This document shows, one piece after another, positions 27,158 to 40,567 of a stretch of 64,000 bases of DNA. The DNA comes from Eledone cirrhosa (lineage: Eukaryota), in the NCBI GenBank assembly GCA_964016885.1, contig OZ024755.1, positions 26,350,001-26,414,000 on the forward strand, given 5' to 3'. Position numbers and translations under genes: made by a program. Positions within the stretch are counted from its first letter, which is position 1. Each line of letters starts with the position of its first letter. The notes beneath the pieces were generated by a model that searched no databases, had not been told where the DNA came from, and worked only from the letters and a program-made list of their open reading frames with translations.

Positions 27158-28700
27158 AATGAAAGGATTACAGAGGAGAATTTATACTGTCAGAACATGG
27201 TTATATAAAAGCACCTACGTACGTTTCGCCCGAAAAGGGCTTCTCAAGGGCTTAGAAAACTACAGAGTGTTCAGTACAGGACCCAGAAGGGGTTTTAAAG
27301 TAATACATACATCAAAGTTCATTCTTAATTCAAACATACACGTTGTTATTGACGCAGAATAAGGGAGCAACTCTGGCCAGTGTTTGAATAATTGTCTCCA
27401 AAGGGCTTTATTACCCTTTCACATGATGGTGATTTTCCATTACTAATTTGTGGGTGCTACAGGCAGGGTCTGAGATGCATAGTTGATTACAGATGTTTAT
27501 TTGCGCAGCCTACCCACCGGAGTGTTATGGTTTGGTGCAGGGGGACCTAGTTTATGGTTTTCAGGTCTCTGTCAATTTCCACCCGAAGAAAGACTGCTGT
27601 ATTCTGTGTCTGCAGTTTATCACCGATTCTGCTTTGCTGTTGATGAGCTCGAGGGGTGCTCTTATGATATATATATATGGAGAGAGAAAGAGTGAGAGAG
27701 AGAGAGGCTACAAATAAATGAAAAGAACTATCAACATAATGTGGCAGTTGAAAATATATATGTATTAATATATTGACGTATTTATGCATTACCAGAGGTT
27801 TCGTTAAACGTAAACACATTTAACGTTCCTGATGCAACCTGAATGAGTTTCGAGAGATAACGATCTATTTGTAAAGAGGTTATAAGAACCTACATTGGTT
27901 AGTTCAGGCCTTGTGGTCGTGTTGAATGATCAATTTTTCTTGGATGCTGACCACGTGGAGGCCAGGCAGCCTGATGATACTGAAGAGTTTAGTAAGCAGA
28001 TACAATGATAAACTAGCAACATCAAGCAGTAGAGAAATGTTTTATAGTAGCAGTTTGTGTATTTGATGTCGTGATGGGATTTATGTAGGCATTGTTCGTT
28101 TATACGTGCATATACTGAATCGAGGGTAAGGGATGGTTCACCCTCAACATGCACGTGATCCAGACGAAGCCAAAGAGGTCTTTGTGGGATATTAAGGGTT
28201 GTTTGTGGTTGGAACTGTGTTAAATTAACGTTTCCCCCGTGCTGCAATGTGTGCAGCCTCAAAGGAAGGCAAGATTGGCACATACAAATTGTGGTTGTTT
28301 TGGAATTGGCGTTTAATTAGGAGCAGGGAGTTCTTAGTTATAGCTTAGGATCATTAGTACAAATTAAACATAAATTCATTTTACGGAGTTGGACACGACC
28401 GTCTTCAATTTTTAACCACCCTCTCTCTGTATTGATGGATGTTTTAAATGTTTGCAGATTATTCAGTATGTATGCTCTTTTCTATAATTTCTTTTTACAT
28501 CCGTTCAACCTATTAGTGTCTCTAACGTTAAAGTAGTTAAATACACAGATGTTCCTAATTATCCTTTTCCATTCCTAAATTAACTTACATATCAAACTCT
28601 AATTTTATACATAGCTGGGACGCTACAATATAGATATTTACTAAGTTATATTAGACGAGGTTTTTCTTAAAGAGTTTACTGATAGTTATTACTTTTGGAA
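27157..28700 (-). mobile_element. Degenerate Penelope-like element remnant (traces of GIY-YIG/RT C-terminus, 3' region with HHR motifs)
   Basis: HHR motif at 27209-27253 and an HHR-topology structure at 27785-27836. ORF 27930..28283 has weak Cys-rich/GIY-YIG-like traces (DSVYARINEQC...DIK), and HPSIQ occurs near 28440. The 3' end runs into (TATG)n. Confidence 0.4.
27209..27253 (-). ncRNA. Minimal type I hammerhead ribozyme motif, U3-A8 core variant
   Basis: Minus strand: aagccc-TTGAGAA-gccc ttttc gggc-GAAA-cgtacg-TA-ggtgctt. Stem II is perfect, stem III is palindromic (acgtacgt), the site is GUA, and the C3-G8 pair is covaried to U3-A8. Confidence 0.7.
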
Positions 28701-29348
28701 TGGCTACCATGAGGGTGGAAATCCTAAATACAATAATTGGTTTTTCAACTATTAACAGTCAGCTGTCTGGACTAACTATAACACAAGTTGGCTTTAGTAA
28801 GCGGCTAATGTCTTTTCGTGTTCTCCTTGATGAGAGTTGACATGTCACGTCACTGTATAGCCTATACATCCACTTTGTCATCTGATGGTCAGATTACAAA
28901 CCACTTCAAGTGGACACTGGACCAACCACTAACTGAAATAGGAAAACAAGATAGAGTAATTTGTTAAGAGAGATTTTGATGGAAAAGTACGAGGGTCGAC
29001 TGAAAAGTTCATTGACTGACTATAAAGGAATGGTGCTAGAGCTGTGAAATCTACTAAATGACCAATAATTAATAGTGATGACCTGAGGAGAACTCGTAAA
29101 CCAACCTAAACTAGTGATTGAGTGATTGTTGTGTAAACGTCCTTGCCAATCTACTGAACTTTGCTGAAGGTAGTTTTATGGATGAACGTTGACATTTACC
29201 ACATAAATGGTATAATATTTACACCTGACTGTACCTATATATCCCTCTTCCTCACCCTTTCTCTCTTCACACACACACACAGACACATACATGCACAGAC
29301 ACACACATGTACAGACAGACACACACACGCGCGCACAGGCAGGCACAG

Positions 29349-29388
<40 letters not shown>

Positions 29389-30081
29389 ACACATGCACAG
29401 ACACACACATGCACAGACAGACACACACATGCACAGACAGACACACACACACACGCGCACAGGCAGGCACAGACACACACACACACATTCATAGATACTG
29501 ATCTATATTCAAGCATTTCGACAAACATTTTAGTGCATTCGTCCAAATACTGAAGGTTTTACATTGGACGTTAGACAAGAAGATACACATAGTCACGCAT
29601 ATGAAAACACACTCAAATACACACATACCCCCCCCCCCCCCCCCACACACACACACATACCCCCCCCCCACACGCACATACATATGCATTTTCCCAGACA
29701 CACAATCTGCTTTTACTCTTTTGTCGCTCTCTCGTCAGAATTCTACACACCTACAACCTCTGTCACCAACCCGTTAATCTTTTCTCTTCAGATTCTACAC
29801 TATTTCATATGTGATCATAGACTTAATATGTGAATTATTTATCTGCCATAATATCAATGAAGTATATATCTGCAATGGACATTTCTTATCTATACAGTAA
29901 TATTTCTATCTGTGCCTATTTTCAATGAATAAGATTTATACACAATATAATCTATTGTCATGCACTGCTTCACTTCGACATTTCAGCACATACAACATAT
30001 CCAAATACCAAGAAATTATTATCATTATTGTTATTGTTATTATTGTTGTTGTTATTATTATTATTATTATTATTATTGTTT

Positions 30082-30131
<50 letters not shown>

Positions 30132-30799
30132 GATATTGTTGTTGTTATTTTTGTTGTTGCTGTTGTTATATATGCCAGCGTATATCTTTTGTTTGGTTTG
30201 ATTACACTCATGCACATATACATAAATTCATATTTGCATGCATACATCGCTGCATACATATACTGTATACACACATGCCTAAATACATCCATTCATGAAT
30301 ACACATTCATGTGTACATACATACATACATACACACATACACACATACATTCGTACATACATATATACATATATTCGTATGCACTATTATACCACATTAA
30401 GCTAATTAAGTAATTTTTTATTAATTTTATTTACAAACCCTGTAATTAATATCAATATTAATTTAGGTTTGGGGAGAAAACTTTCGAAACTTTCAGTCAA
30501 GTAAAAATTAGTTTTAAAGGAGGGTTATAGATTTCGACCACTGGCAACCATGTTAACAAGTCCATATATATATTTCGGTAGTTTTTAATCTTCTCAGTGT
30601 GATCAGTTATTGCCGCCAAGAATTTAAGTCCCGTTTTATTTTTATGAAGAACATTCACGGATTAGTTAAATTAAATCGACGTCATTGGGAAAGCACGAAA
30701 ATATGCTTTCTGTATGAAAAACATATAGTTAAGTTCAGTCTGCTATATTGAGGTGATAAGATGAATATATTTAAATTATGAAATTAGAACACTGTTATG

Positions 30800-32300
30800 A
30801 AAAATGTCATTGACTTCTATGAAGATGCCAAGGAAATGAATTCCTGAAATTAGATATTTAAGTAGTAGCGTTGTTTCATAAGGATGTGTTAAATATATTG
30901 CGTATAAGTAAATAGTGAAGAATTGTGAGTCAAAATCTTTGCCTACGTCGAAGATGCATATTTCTAAATATGATGAAAGTGTCCTGGGGAAAGTAAATGA
31001 TCTGTGTGATACTGTTGTTTGGTTAAGCTTCTTATTGCGAGTTATTTTCACAATTCTCTGCTTCCAGAGTAGTTATGATTTGAGAAATTGAAAATCCTAC
31101 TGAATGTAATGATTCTTCATGCTGTAGATATTTTAAGTGTGTTTTGTAATTTTGTCATGTACATCGGCTTCTGAGTTGGATTTTTTTAATGGCATTTCGT
31201 CTTTTGGAAAAGTATGTAACTTGATTTTATGTTTCTTTCTTCATTGAATGTGTCTTGGCAGCTGATCATCAAAATGTGTAACATAATTGTATTTTAGTTT
31301 TGTAGTCTGAATATGTTATTTTGACATGAGATGAAGTATGGTCATTGTTGAAATTGGTAAACCTACTAATTACTTTGTATATTTTTCATTTCCTTTTTCG
31401 TGCTTTCCGTTAGATACAAATGTTTATTAGTTTTCTACATCACGTTGGTTTGTTTGCTCTGCTATTTCCTTGTTTAGTTCTTTCATTCCTACTTTTATTT
31501 TTGTCGTGTTTCACTTAATCCCTCTCTTTTAATCTGGTTCACTATTTCAGTTGTGTAATATATGATAGTATAGTTTTTGTGTCCCCTTGGGTGATATGCT
31601 TTTTTGCGGGGGTTGCATCTATAATTTACTTTCTTCAATGTATATACTATTTATGCTGTGGTATTATGAACCTTAATCTTGTTTTATGGTGAAAGTGAGC
31701 ACTTTGAAAGTTTATGAAATTGTTTCGCTTTGTTTAGTGATGTATGGAAACTTTATGATAATGGTAGATACTTGTAGAAGTAGTAGCTAGGTGTGTGGTG
31801 AAAAAAATAATTCTTGGTGATGATTTATTGAAGTTAGCTATGTGAGAGTGTGTTCAGGAAAGTTGTATGGGATAGAAAGAAGAAATTTTATTATTGTATT
31901 GTTGTCTCTCATTTTGTGTTAGCTGTTTGTTTTTTTAAAAAATTTGATGCATATTGTACACTTAATCAGACTAATTCATGGTGATGGTGGAAGTTGATGT
32001 CTTGTGTTGGGCTGTGACAATTGATGAAGTAGGTGGTTGCAATATATATATTTATTATATTCATATGCCATGTCTTTTTATGGTGGAGAATTGGCAGAGT
32101 TCTTAGGATGTTGGATTTAAAATACTTCCGTATCTGTTCCGAGCTGAAGTCAGCTTTGCTTTTTATCAATTCGACATCGATAAAGTACGAATGGTGGCAA
32201 TTCTTCCTTTATCTCATTCTCTTTCTCCTTCTTTCTCTGGAAGAAATTGTCTCTGTTCCGACCTGAGTTATTTTTGGAAAGTGTAGTTTTATGAGCCCTG
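30800..32300 (-). pseudogene. Highly degenerate Penelope-like reverse transcriptase remnant
   Basis: Motif traces in the expected order: LRTLPILHHK...CHSPTQDI (cf. FYxLPKIHK...PTxxIS), then SLYT-like and GTK-like segments, with many stops. Judged by eye only. Confidence 0.35.
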
Positions 32301-33715
32301 GTATGGCGTCTATGTTTTTGTTCATACGATTTTTATCGGCACTGTTTCTACCTTACTACCACCACCACCACCATCATCATCATCGACATCGAAAGAGGTG
32401 AGACGTGTAATTTCTGAGCTCTCCAGAGTATTTGACAGATCACAAAGTCAAGAAAATTGTGAATTGAAATTTCAAACTTACATCTTAGAAGTAATGAAAT
32501 GAAAGTTATAAATTGAATTAATAGTGTAGGACGTACTAATGGATGGACGATAATTTATAGATGGCTGTAACCTGCATTAATTCTATCTTGTGAATGTCAC
32601 GGTGAAAGAAAATGAAGAATTTGGGATTCATAAATGGCAACTTTCACAGGAAAGCTGTTTGCAGGACTCTGCTAATTACGAATCAGCTTCATAAGCCAGT
32701 TTAAAAAACAACCACGTAAGAACTGAAATATTTCCATAAATAGCAAATGCAGCATATCAGGGTATTAAACCACCAACAAAAAGCAGTTTTAAAGTGTATT
32801 ATTTGATATCAGTTATCCAGAATCACCCATCAGACAACTAGCCTGGTATTAAACCACCACCAAACGTTCCAGTCTTTAACAATACCGCTTCCATTTTAAA
32901 GCTGTTGCATTTTCATAACAGATTCCTGGATGTAATCCACAAGACAATCCATCCATATGATAGGACAAAATATATCAATGACGTAACCAAAGCCTTAACT
33001 GAAGAAAAAATACCCACTTCTTTATGAATCGGCCTTCATACAACAAGTTATGAACATTGGTCAACTGCCCTATCAATAGTATAGACATGTATTTACAAGA
33101 TTATATATGGTATCTTATAGCATGTAATGAATGCCGTAGATCTTTCGCCGGAAGCACCCCTTGCAAATGGCACATCCGTATCAAAGACCACATTCATACA
33201 AATGCTTTTTCTGTTATCTATCTATCTGTCTGTCTGTCTGTATGTATGTATGTTTGTCTGCTTCTCTATCTCTGTCTGCCTGCCAGCCTGCCTGTCTACC
33301 TATACATGCGTGTGTGTGTATTTGTGCCTATGTTCATGTACACATGTACATATGCGAACGATAAACACAAATGTGGATTTGTAGAATCATTAGAATGTCA
33401 GACAAAATACTCACAATACTTCTTTCATGCTTATTGACATATATATATTATATTAGGTTAGTGGTGATTGTAGATATAGAAGAGTACCGGATTACATACT
33501 TTATGGCATCTAATCTAGATTTTGATTTATGATTTCGCCAAAGAATCATGTGATTATACCAATTCCCTATATGAATCGGCATTGTCTCATAAATTGAAAT
33601 GAATATTTAGAAAACAACAGCAATAATTACAGTGAAGTCTAGAATTATCCGTAACAGAACAAATAACCATGATTACAGTGTTTCACGAGTTTATATACAC
33701 AATATAATACTTTAC

Positions 33716-33892
33716 CTGAGTTGGGTGTTGTGGGGATGTGATACTCCTGTGAGGAGGTAAATGTAATGGGCCTAGACTGCCATTTAATATATTAGAGCGG
33801 GCTTGCAATGTAGAAGAAAAGAATTCAGTAACAATATCGTTATTTACTTCATCTGCGAGTAGCGGTTGAACATCAGAATGGCAGTCGGTTGT
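33716..33892 (-). CDS. Coding exon B (177 nt, phase 0/0): TTDCHSDVQPLLADEVNNDIVTEFFSSTLQARSNILNGSLGPLHLPPHRSITSPQHPTQ
   Basis: Acceptor ttatttttcag|ACA and donor CAG|gtaaag. The exon has 59 open codons of non-repetitive sequence, in phase with exons A and C. Confidence 0.75.
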
Positions 33893-34936
33893 CTGAAAAA
33901 TAAATCAAAATCAAAAACAAAACAAAAATACTTGCATGTATTGGAAACCGCTGATATTTAAGAATTTAACACAGCATAGTAGCTTTTATGGTTTTATGGA
34001 AATGTCATGACTTGCTAATGCAACAAAATATATGTAGAAGCTCATATGGAAACCAATAACTGACTAGTAGAAAACAGAACATTTTTTTCTATGTATAATT
34101 CAATTCCTCTATTAATACAAGAAGTAAAAATTGCGTTAGAAGAAACAATAGAGCATATAACTAAATAAAGTCTAGTATTTATTTTCGTTTATCGTTGTTC
34201 TGTTTCTTTTTTTAAGACCGAGATCCATTGTGTCTTTCATTTTCGTTGGTTCAATAGAATAATTAACAATAGTGTAATAGTATTGATACAATTGACTTTA
34301 CGTTTTCACTAAAAAACAAACAAAACAAACCTTCTGATCCTGTAATTAAATCAATGACGACTGACGACATTAATCAATTAATCAATTTAACTATAGCAGT
34401 CATCGATGAGTTATATCCTGACACGCTGATTCTGTGAGAATAGTTTAATAATCACTTCTAGTCATTTCCCTTCACATACATGCCAACTGTACATGAGAAA
34501 GGCACAAACTATTTAACACCTTATATTCTCCATCATGTAAATCTGAGATATATCTATGTAATATATTTATATTTACAATATAGAGTTTGAAATTATATTG
34601 ATTGAGACATTTCATTTGTATGATGACTGCAGAGAACTTTGAGAATGTGTAATTCTGTTTTCTTCTCAATATAAGCACAGTATCTTAATTACATGATTTA
34701 CAAAATTGGTTCGTAATCCCGTTATTAAGAGATTGGTATTGTTGATATTCGAGAAATTCCCGTAGTTCTAGATAAAACAACTACTAATAATTTATTGTAG
34801 ATTAACTTTTACTATATTAATTAGACATGATATTTATTTTCCAGCTAAGTAGACCAAGTCCTTTAGAAAAGAAGAAATAACAATTTCTTTCATCCAGATT
34901 TATTCATCTATGACCTTCACATATCATTACCTGTCA

Positions 34937-35127
34937 GGGCGGTGGATTAACAGAATCAGTAGAGCGGCAGGCACCATGGTTTGCAGCATAGAGTTATGGC
35001 CCTTTACGCTCTTAGTACAAATCCCGTCGAGGTTAACTTTGCCTTTCACCCCTTACGTGGTCGACAAAATAACGCACCAGTAATGCACTGTGGTAATTGC
35101 CGGCCTTGTGCCAAAAGTAGAAACAAT
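34937..35127 (+). mobile_element. SINE family A copy
   Basis: Head ggcggtggatt, central domain and tail are recognisable. Confidence 0.8.
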
Positions 35128-36874
35128 CAAAAGCTGTCAGTGGAATTATTGGTCATTTTCTGAAGTGCATACATGAAATATAGAATCTCCTTCTTGATTG
35201 TCATTCTAACGTAATTAAACTTCTGCCACATGAAGCACTCGCCAAGAATAATATTTCAACTAAATTGATGAGTTCAAATATCATCTTTTCCTCAAGTTAA
35301 GACATATTCATGAAAAGAGAAAAGACAAGATCTGCTCAACTAGACAGTTGTGCGTATTACTGCTACTTGTGTCATTAATCTCGCAAGTGTGAAAGTTAAA
35401 GTAGAATCTTTAGTATTTTAAGTTAGAATAATTATATGCAAAATTATGAATAATGACTACAATTATTCCGGCTTCCTACCGATTAAACAATTACCAACGA
35501 TCTCAATACTCTAAATACTTCTATCAGAAATCTTAAAAGTAAAAAAAATATTTTAGAAACTTAACACGTTTAACGAAATGTCATACTGAAGTATTTGTAT
35601 TTCCTAATTATTATGGAGAAACCATTATAGGTTAGAAACCATTGTTATAGCGTTGGAGCGTCACAATTATTATAGCAGCGCACAAGATACTTCGTAAAAA
35701 TTTGTTGTATCTCTTAAACGTTCTGGGTTTAAAATCTCTCCAGGCGGAATTATCTTTGTCTTTTATCATTCTAGGATCAAAGTACTAGTCAAGCATTGAG
35801 CTAGATTCAGTCCACTTTATAACCTCTTCAATATATTTGCGAGATAGTGTCATTATAATAAATTACCATTATGCCAATATATCATCTATTTATTGATTCA
35901 GACTGATGACTATATCACTGTTTTTACGAAACTGACTCTTGACGAGACAATGTTTTTTTTTATAATAGACAGGCTATAGTTCAGATTCTGTTTCACGTGA
36001 CAAAACAGCTGATGTCTTTTGGAATTTGGAAATGTCATAGAAATGACAAAATTTTATTTCCTCTTCTGAGGAGGTTTGTATATGTAAAGTATATCTATAA
36101 CTTATCTGTTAAAGCAGTATGCATGGTTTGTGTTTGTATGTATGCTAAATTTTCAATTTTATAAAAGATTTTAAAGAAATAATTTGATACCAACTGTTTC
36201 ACTGTTTGTGTCCTAGAATTTACCATATTATCTATTAAATCGAGAAAATGGTCACTTCTGTTGATTGCATCAAATTTTATCTCATAAAACGCGTCTATAT
36301 TAAAAGTCAAATATATTTGATCATAGATGCTACAGGGTTCCATTAATTATTTTAAATTGCAAAGTTTACTGTCTACTCCATTTTATAACAAAGACAAAAA
36401 TATAGAAAGTTTTCTAATATGATCAATAACAACCAGACCATTTAAATAAAATCACTCACATTAGTTTATCTTGTTTATGCATTTCATCAACAGCCAGGCA
36501 CGGATTTTTAAAGGGAATTTACAATGAATGTCAATCTTGTTTTTAAATAATTAAGACCTAAATTACAAAGGAGATTGATACTTCATTATTTTACATTTTC
36601 ATTGAATTGAAACTATTTCCTTTCATTTGAGTAACTAATGGTATGAACATCTCTAATTTCCTATTTTGCTTTATAATATATCAACCTTAATGATTATGTA
36701 AATACATACATACAATACACACACACATGTATGTATGTATGTATGTATGTATGTATGTATGTATGTATGTATGTATGTATGTATGTATGTATGTATGTAT
36801 GTATGTATGTATGTATGTGTGTGTGTATGTATGTATGTATGTATGTATGTATGTATGTATGTATGTATGTATGA

Positions 36875-36923
<49 letters not shown>

Positions 36924-37280
36924 TATGTCTCTGCAAACATTAAAGACATCTGTTTTTATACCAGTCAAATTTTAGTTTAAATCTTGCTAGTTTTGACGCT
37001 TGTCTTTCATCGAATCTCTTTAATCTCCAATGAGCCGATAATATCTCTTATATACTACGACCCAGACAGAAGACTGTAGACTCATTTAATTAATCTTTCT
37101 TATTTAACCTAGGTCAGCACTGTTAAGTAGACTTACCATCAAATATGGCCATGATTTCTTTTTATTCTGATATAGAGTATCTTGCGTTACATTATCCAAC
37201 ATACTCTCTTATATTAAGACGGTGGGTTGCAATTTTAAGGAGATTTAGATGCTATATATATAACACTTCAATGTGAAGTA

Positions 37281-37560
37281 CATGGCGTAGTGGTTAGGGT
37301 GCAAGGCTTACGATCATAACGTTATAAGTTCGATTATCGGAGCGGGCGGCCAGTTGTTTTCCTGAGCAAGGCACTCTATTTCACACAACAGGCAAAATAA
37401 GTTGTATCCGTAATTTAAGGGGCCAGCCTTGTCACAAAGTGTCATGCTGAATTTACCTGAGAACTAAATTAAGGGTTCACTTGTCTGTTGAATGCTTAGC
37501 CACTTTCACGTTAATTTAACGAGCAGGTAATTCCAACAGAGGTTCAACAACCTAACAGCT
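37281..37560 (+). mobile_element. tRNA-derived CORE-type SINE (octopus OR-like)
   Basis: A-box tggcgtagtggttagg, B-box gttcgatt, and CORE-like cctgagcaaggcact. Confidence 0.7.
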
Positions 37561-38031
37561 CAACCAGGACATAAAAAGATGTAATTAAATACTGCAAGGC
37601 ATTTTTCTGGTTGGTCTACCGGGCAAAATGCAAGGACATACGATTTTGGAGGAAGATGTAATAAAACTAGTATATACTTTAACGACCATGGACGAATGAA
37701 AAGTAAAGTTGACAATACAAACAAAATAATATAAGCAGGAGATTGTGTGAGTGTCTTATACAAATGCAGCGTATTGACGTGTGTTTATTTTTTTTATACT
37801 TGTTGCCGTTCATTCATTCAATCTATTTTTCTTTTTAAAATAGCGAAAGTAAGGGAAATATGGAGAAAGTGCTGCAGACTCTACACCACAGTCTAGGTAG
37901 TGTATTTCAGCAGCACCGTGTGTACAATATGGGGAAGGCATTGTCACGGAGAACAGCCAGTGACACAAGCTTCATCAGGCACTCTACTTCACGGGGCTCC
38001 TTCCTATATATATATGAGTGTGGTGTGGTGT

Positions 38032-38096
<65 letters not shown>

Positions 38097-38227
38097 TCGA
38101 CACTCGGGCAACGTAGGGTAGGACTTCTAGCCGGAAATATTTATATGCGTGTCAGTGTGTGTGAATTTGTAGCAAATTATGAAATAATCACATGTTTTTG
38201 AAATATGAATTTAAATTATCTTTTTAC

Positions 38228-38305
38228 CTGTTGTTGCTCATTTAGTTCTTGGTTTTCTGAGGAGCTTGGAGCCCCAGTGTGAAGATTGCGACTAAGTTTC
38301 ATGAT
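38228..38305 (-). CDS. Coding exon A (78 nt, phase 0/0) of an unidentified minus-strand gene: IMKLSRNLHTGAPSSSENQELNEQQQ
   Basis: Minus strand reads acceptor gcattttcag|ATC and donor CAG|gtaaaa. The 78 nt are open in frame and phase-compatible with exon B. The ATG at codon 2 could be the start, or more exons lie upstream. Confidence 0.65.
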
Positions 38306-38393
38306 CTGAAAATGCACAACGAAAATTAATTAAATTAATATTTCAGCATGTTTTTGTACTAACACTATTAATAACTATTATTTAACATTAAAA

Positions 38394-38786
38394 GGGCGGT
38401 GGATTGGCAGTATCGGTAGAGGGTCGGACGCCATGCTTTCCAGCATAGTTACGTCCCTTTACGATCTGAGTTCAAATCCCGCCGAGGTTGACTTTGCCTT
38501 TCATCCTTACGGGGTCGATAAAATAAAGTACCAGTAACGCACTGGGTAATTGCTGGCCTTGTGCCTAAAGTAGAAACAATTATTTAACATTAAAATGGTG
38601 ACGGATTGGCAGTATCGGTAGAGGGTTGGACACCATGCTTTGAAGCATAGAGTTACGTCCCTTTATGATCTGAGTTCAAATCCCGCCGAGGTTAACTTTG
38701 CCTTTCATCCTTACGGGGTCGATAAAATAAAGTACCAGTAATGTACTGGGTAATTTCTGGCCTAGTGCCAATAGTAGAAACAATTA
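38394..38786 (+). mobile_element. Tandem dimer of the abundant tRNA-derived SINE of about 190 bp (family A)
   Basis: Pol III A-box-like tggcagtatcgg and B-box gttcaaatcc; central ctttgcctttcatccttacggggtcgataaaataaagtacca; tail gtagaaacaatta. Confidence 0.9.
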
Positions 38787-38831
38787 TTTAACATTAAAAT
38801 CTCCTCTTGAACATCAAAACATGTTAAAATA

Positions 38832-38999
38832 CGAGGGTCGGCTGAACAGTTCATAGGCTGACCAAGATACTCTCATGGAATGACTGGAAAGAAACAACGC
38901 AGTTATTAATAAGACGCGTTGAAATTAATGCATGGAAGATTTCACAGTTCTAACATCACTCCTTCATAGTCAGTCTATGAACGTTTCAGCCCACCCTCG
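38832..38999. mobile_element. Tc1/mariner-type MITE with terminal inverted repeats of about 30 bp and TA target duplication
   Basis: ta|cgagggtcggctgaacagttcataggctgac ... gtcagtctatgaacgtttcagcccaccctcg|ta. Confidence 0.8.
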
Positions 39000-39433
39000 T
39001 ATATTTAATTGTGACGGAGCGAAGAACGCTGTTGGCTGGTCACGTCCAGCGACAGTCAGATCATTGAGATGGACATGAAGAGGTGGAAGTAGAACATAGT
39101 AAATGCCACCAGGACATGAAAGATTGTCAATAAAGACTGGGAAAACTCAGAAGAACACATGACTAATCGAGAACAGCCGCTCGATTCGCAAATATGCGTG
39201 GGACGGACAGACAGATTGACCGATTTCGATAATTTCGGAGGCATATAATTCAACACAATGCAACATATATTGTCTCTAAATGTGATACTTCTTTATCTTT
39301 ATTACGATTTCATAACAATAATATACTTAGTCAACGAGAAATGTCGAGAAATACGTAAAAAATCCCTGAAAAGATTATTGCTTTTGTTCTTGAAATTTGA
39401 CTGGATTTATGAAACCTCCACGACACTAGTTTA

Positions 39434-39641
39434 CGAAAGTCGGCTGAAAAGTTCATATGCTGCTTATGAAGGAGTGACGCAAGGCTGTAAAATCTTACTT
39501 GCATTAATTTCAACTCTTCTTATCAATAAATCTACTATTTCTTTCCAGGGAATATATTGAAAAATAACCCTCATATGGTCATGAGTGTTTCTTGGTCAAC
39601 CTATGAAATGTTTAGCCTATGAATCTTTCAGCCGACCCTCG
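39434..39641. mobile_element. Second copy of the mariner-type MITE (a third, partial copy is at about 28990-29165)
   Basis: cgaaagtcggctgaaaagttcata ... tatgaatctttcagccgaccctcg. Confidence 0.7.
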
Positions 39642-40050
39642 AATAATGATATGGAATCGTTATGCGCCACGTATAAATGGAGGAAACGCCTAACATATCA
39701 AACGATGCTGATTGCATATTTCTCCTACGACTCGACAAGTAGAAATACATTGGGGTCTATCTTGATTAAAGAATATTGAATTAGTACAACTTAATGTATT
39801 GATCTGACAGAAACGGAAATAATTTGCTTGGGGAATATTTGCTTTGTCAAAATGGGAAAGGAGAAGTATTATACTTTATCACTTAGCTATTTCAAACATA
39901 CAAATTATCATACATTGAGCGCTCTCTTACATCTAATTTCATCATAGGCAAGATAACTAACATTTGCTGTTAAAACGTTTTGATAGTTGATATGTACAGA
40001 CTACTTTATATCGATGAATATGCACACACAGACACACACACGCGCGCGCG

Positions 40051-40127
<77 letters not shown>

Positions 40128-40147
40128 ATATATATATAAATATATAA

Positions 40148-40339
40148 ATAACTGTTTCTACTATTGGCACAAGGCCAGAAATTACCCAGTACATTACTGG
40201 TACTTTATTTTATCGACCCCGTAAGGATGAAAGGCAAAGTTAACCTCGGCGGGATTTGAACTCAGAATAGCAAGGGCCGTAACTCTATGCATCAAAGCAT
40301 GGCGTCCGACCCTCTACCAATACTGCCAATCCACCGCCT
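40148..40339 (-). mobile_element. SINE family A, full length
   Basis: Reverse complement of the 38394 copy. Confidence 0.9.
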
Positions 40340-40486
40340 ATATATATATATATATATTCATCGCCTATATATATATAAATAACGGCAGAGAGATATGTTG
40401 ATATACTAATAAAATAAACGCCAATATGTACACACACATCTACTTCGAGAAGTGCTGAACGTGACTAAATATTAGCAATATTTGCA

Positions 40487-40567
<81 letters not shown>

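Noticed and set aside
27971-36075. Isolated CTGAnGA heptamers (27971, 29083, 35903, 36067; also 49951, 60308)
   Set aside because: They have no stem II + GAAA + stem III; a 6-of-7 motif is expected several times by chance.
38394-38485. tRNA-like A and B boxes
   Set aside because: These are SINE heads with no complete cloverleaf, followed by the SINE body.
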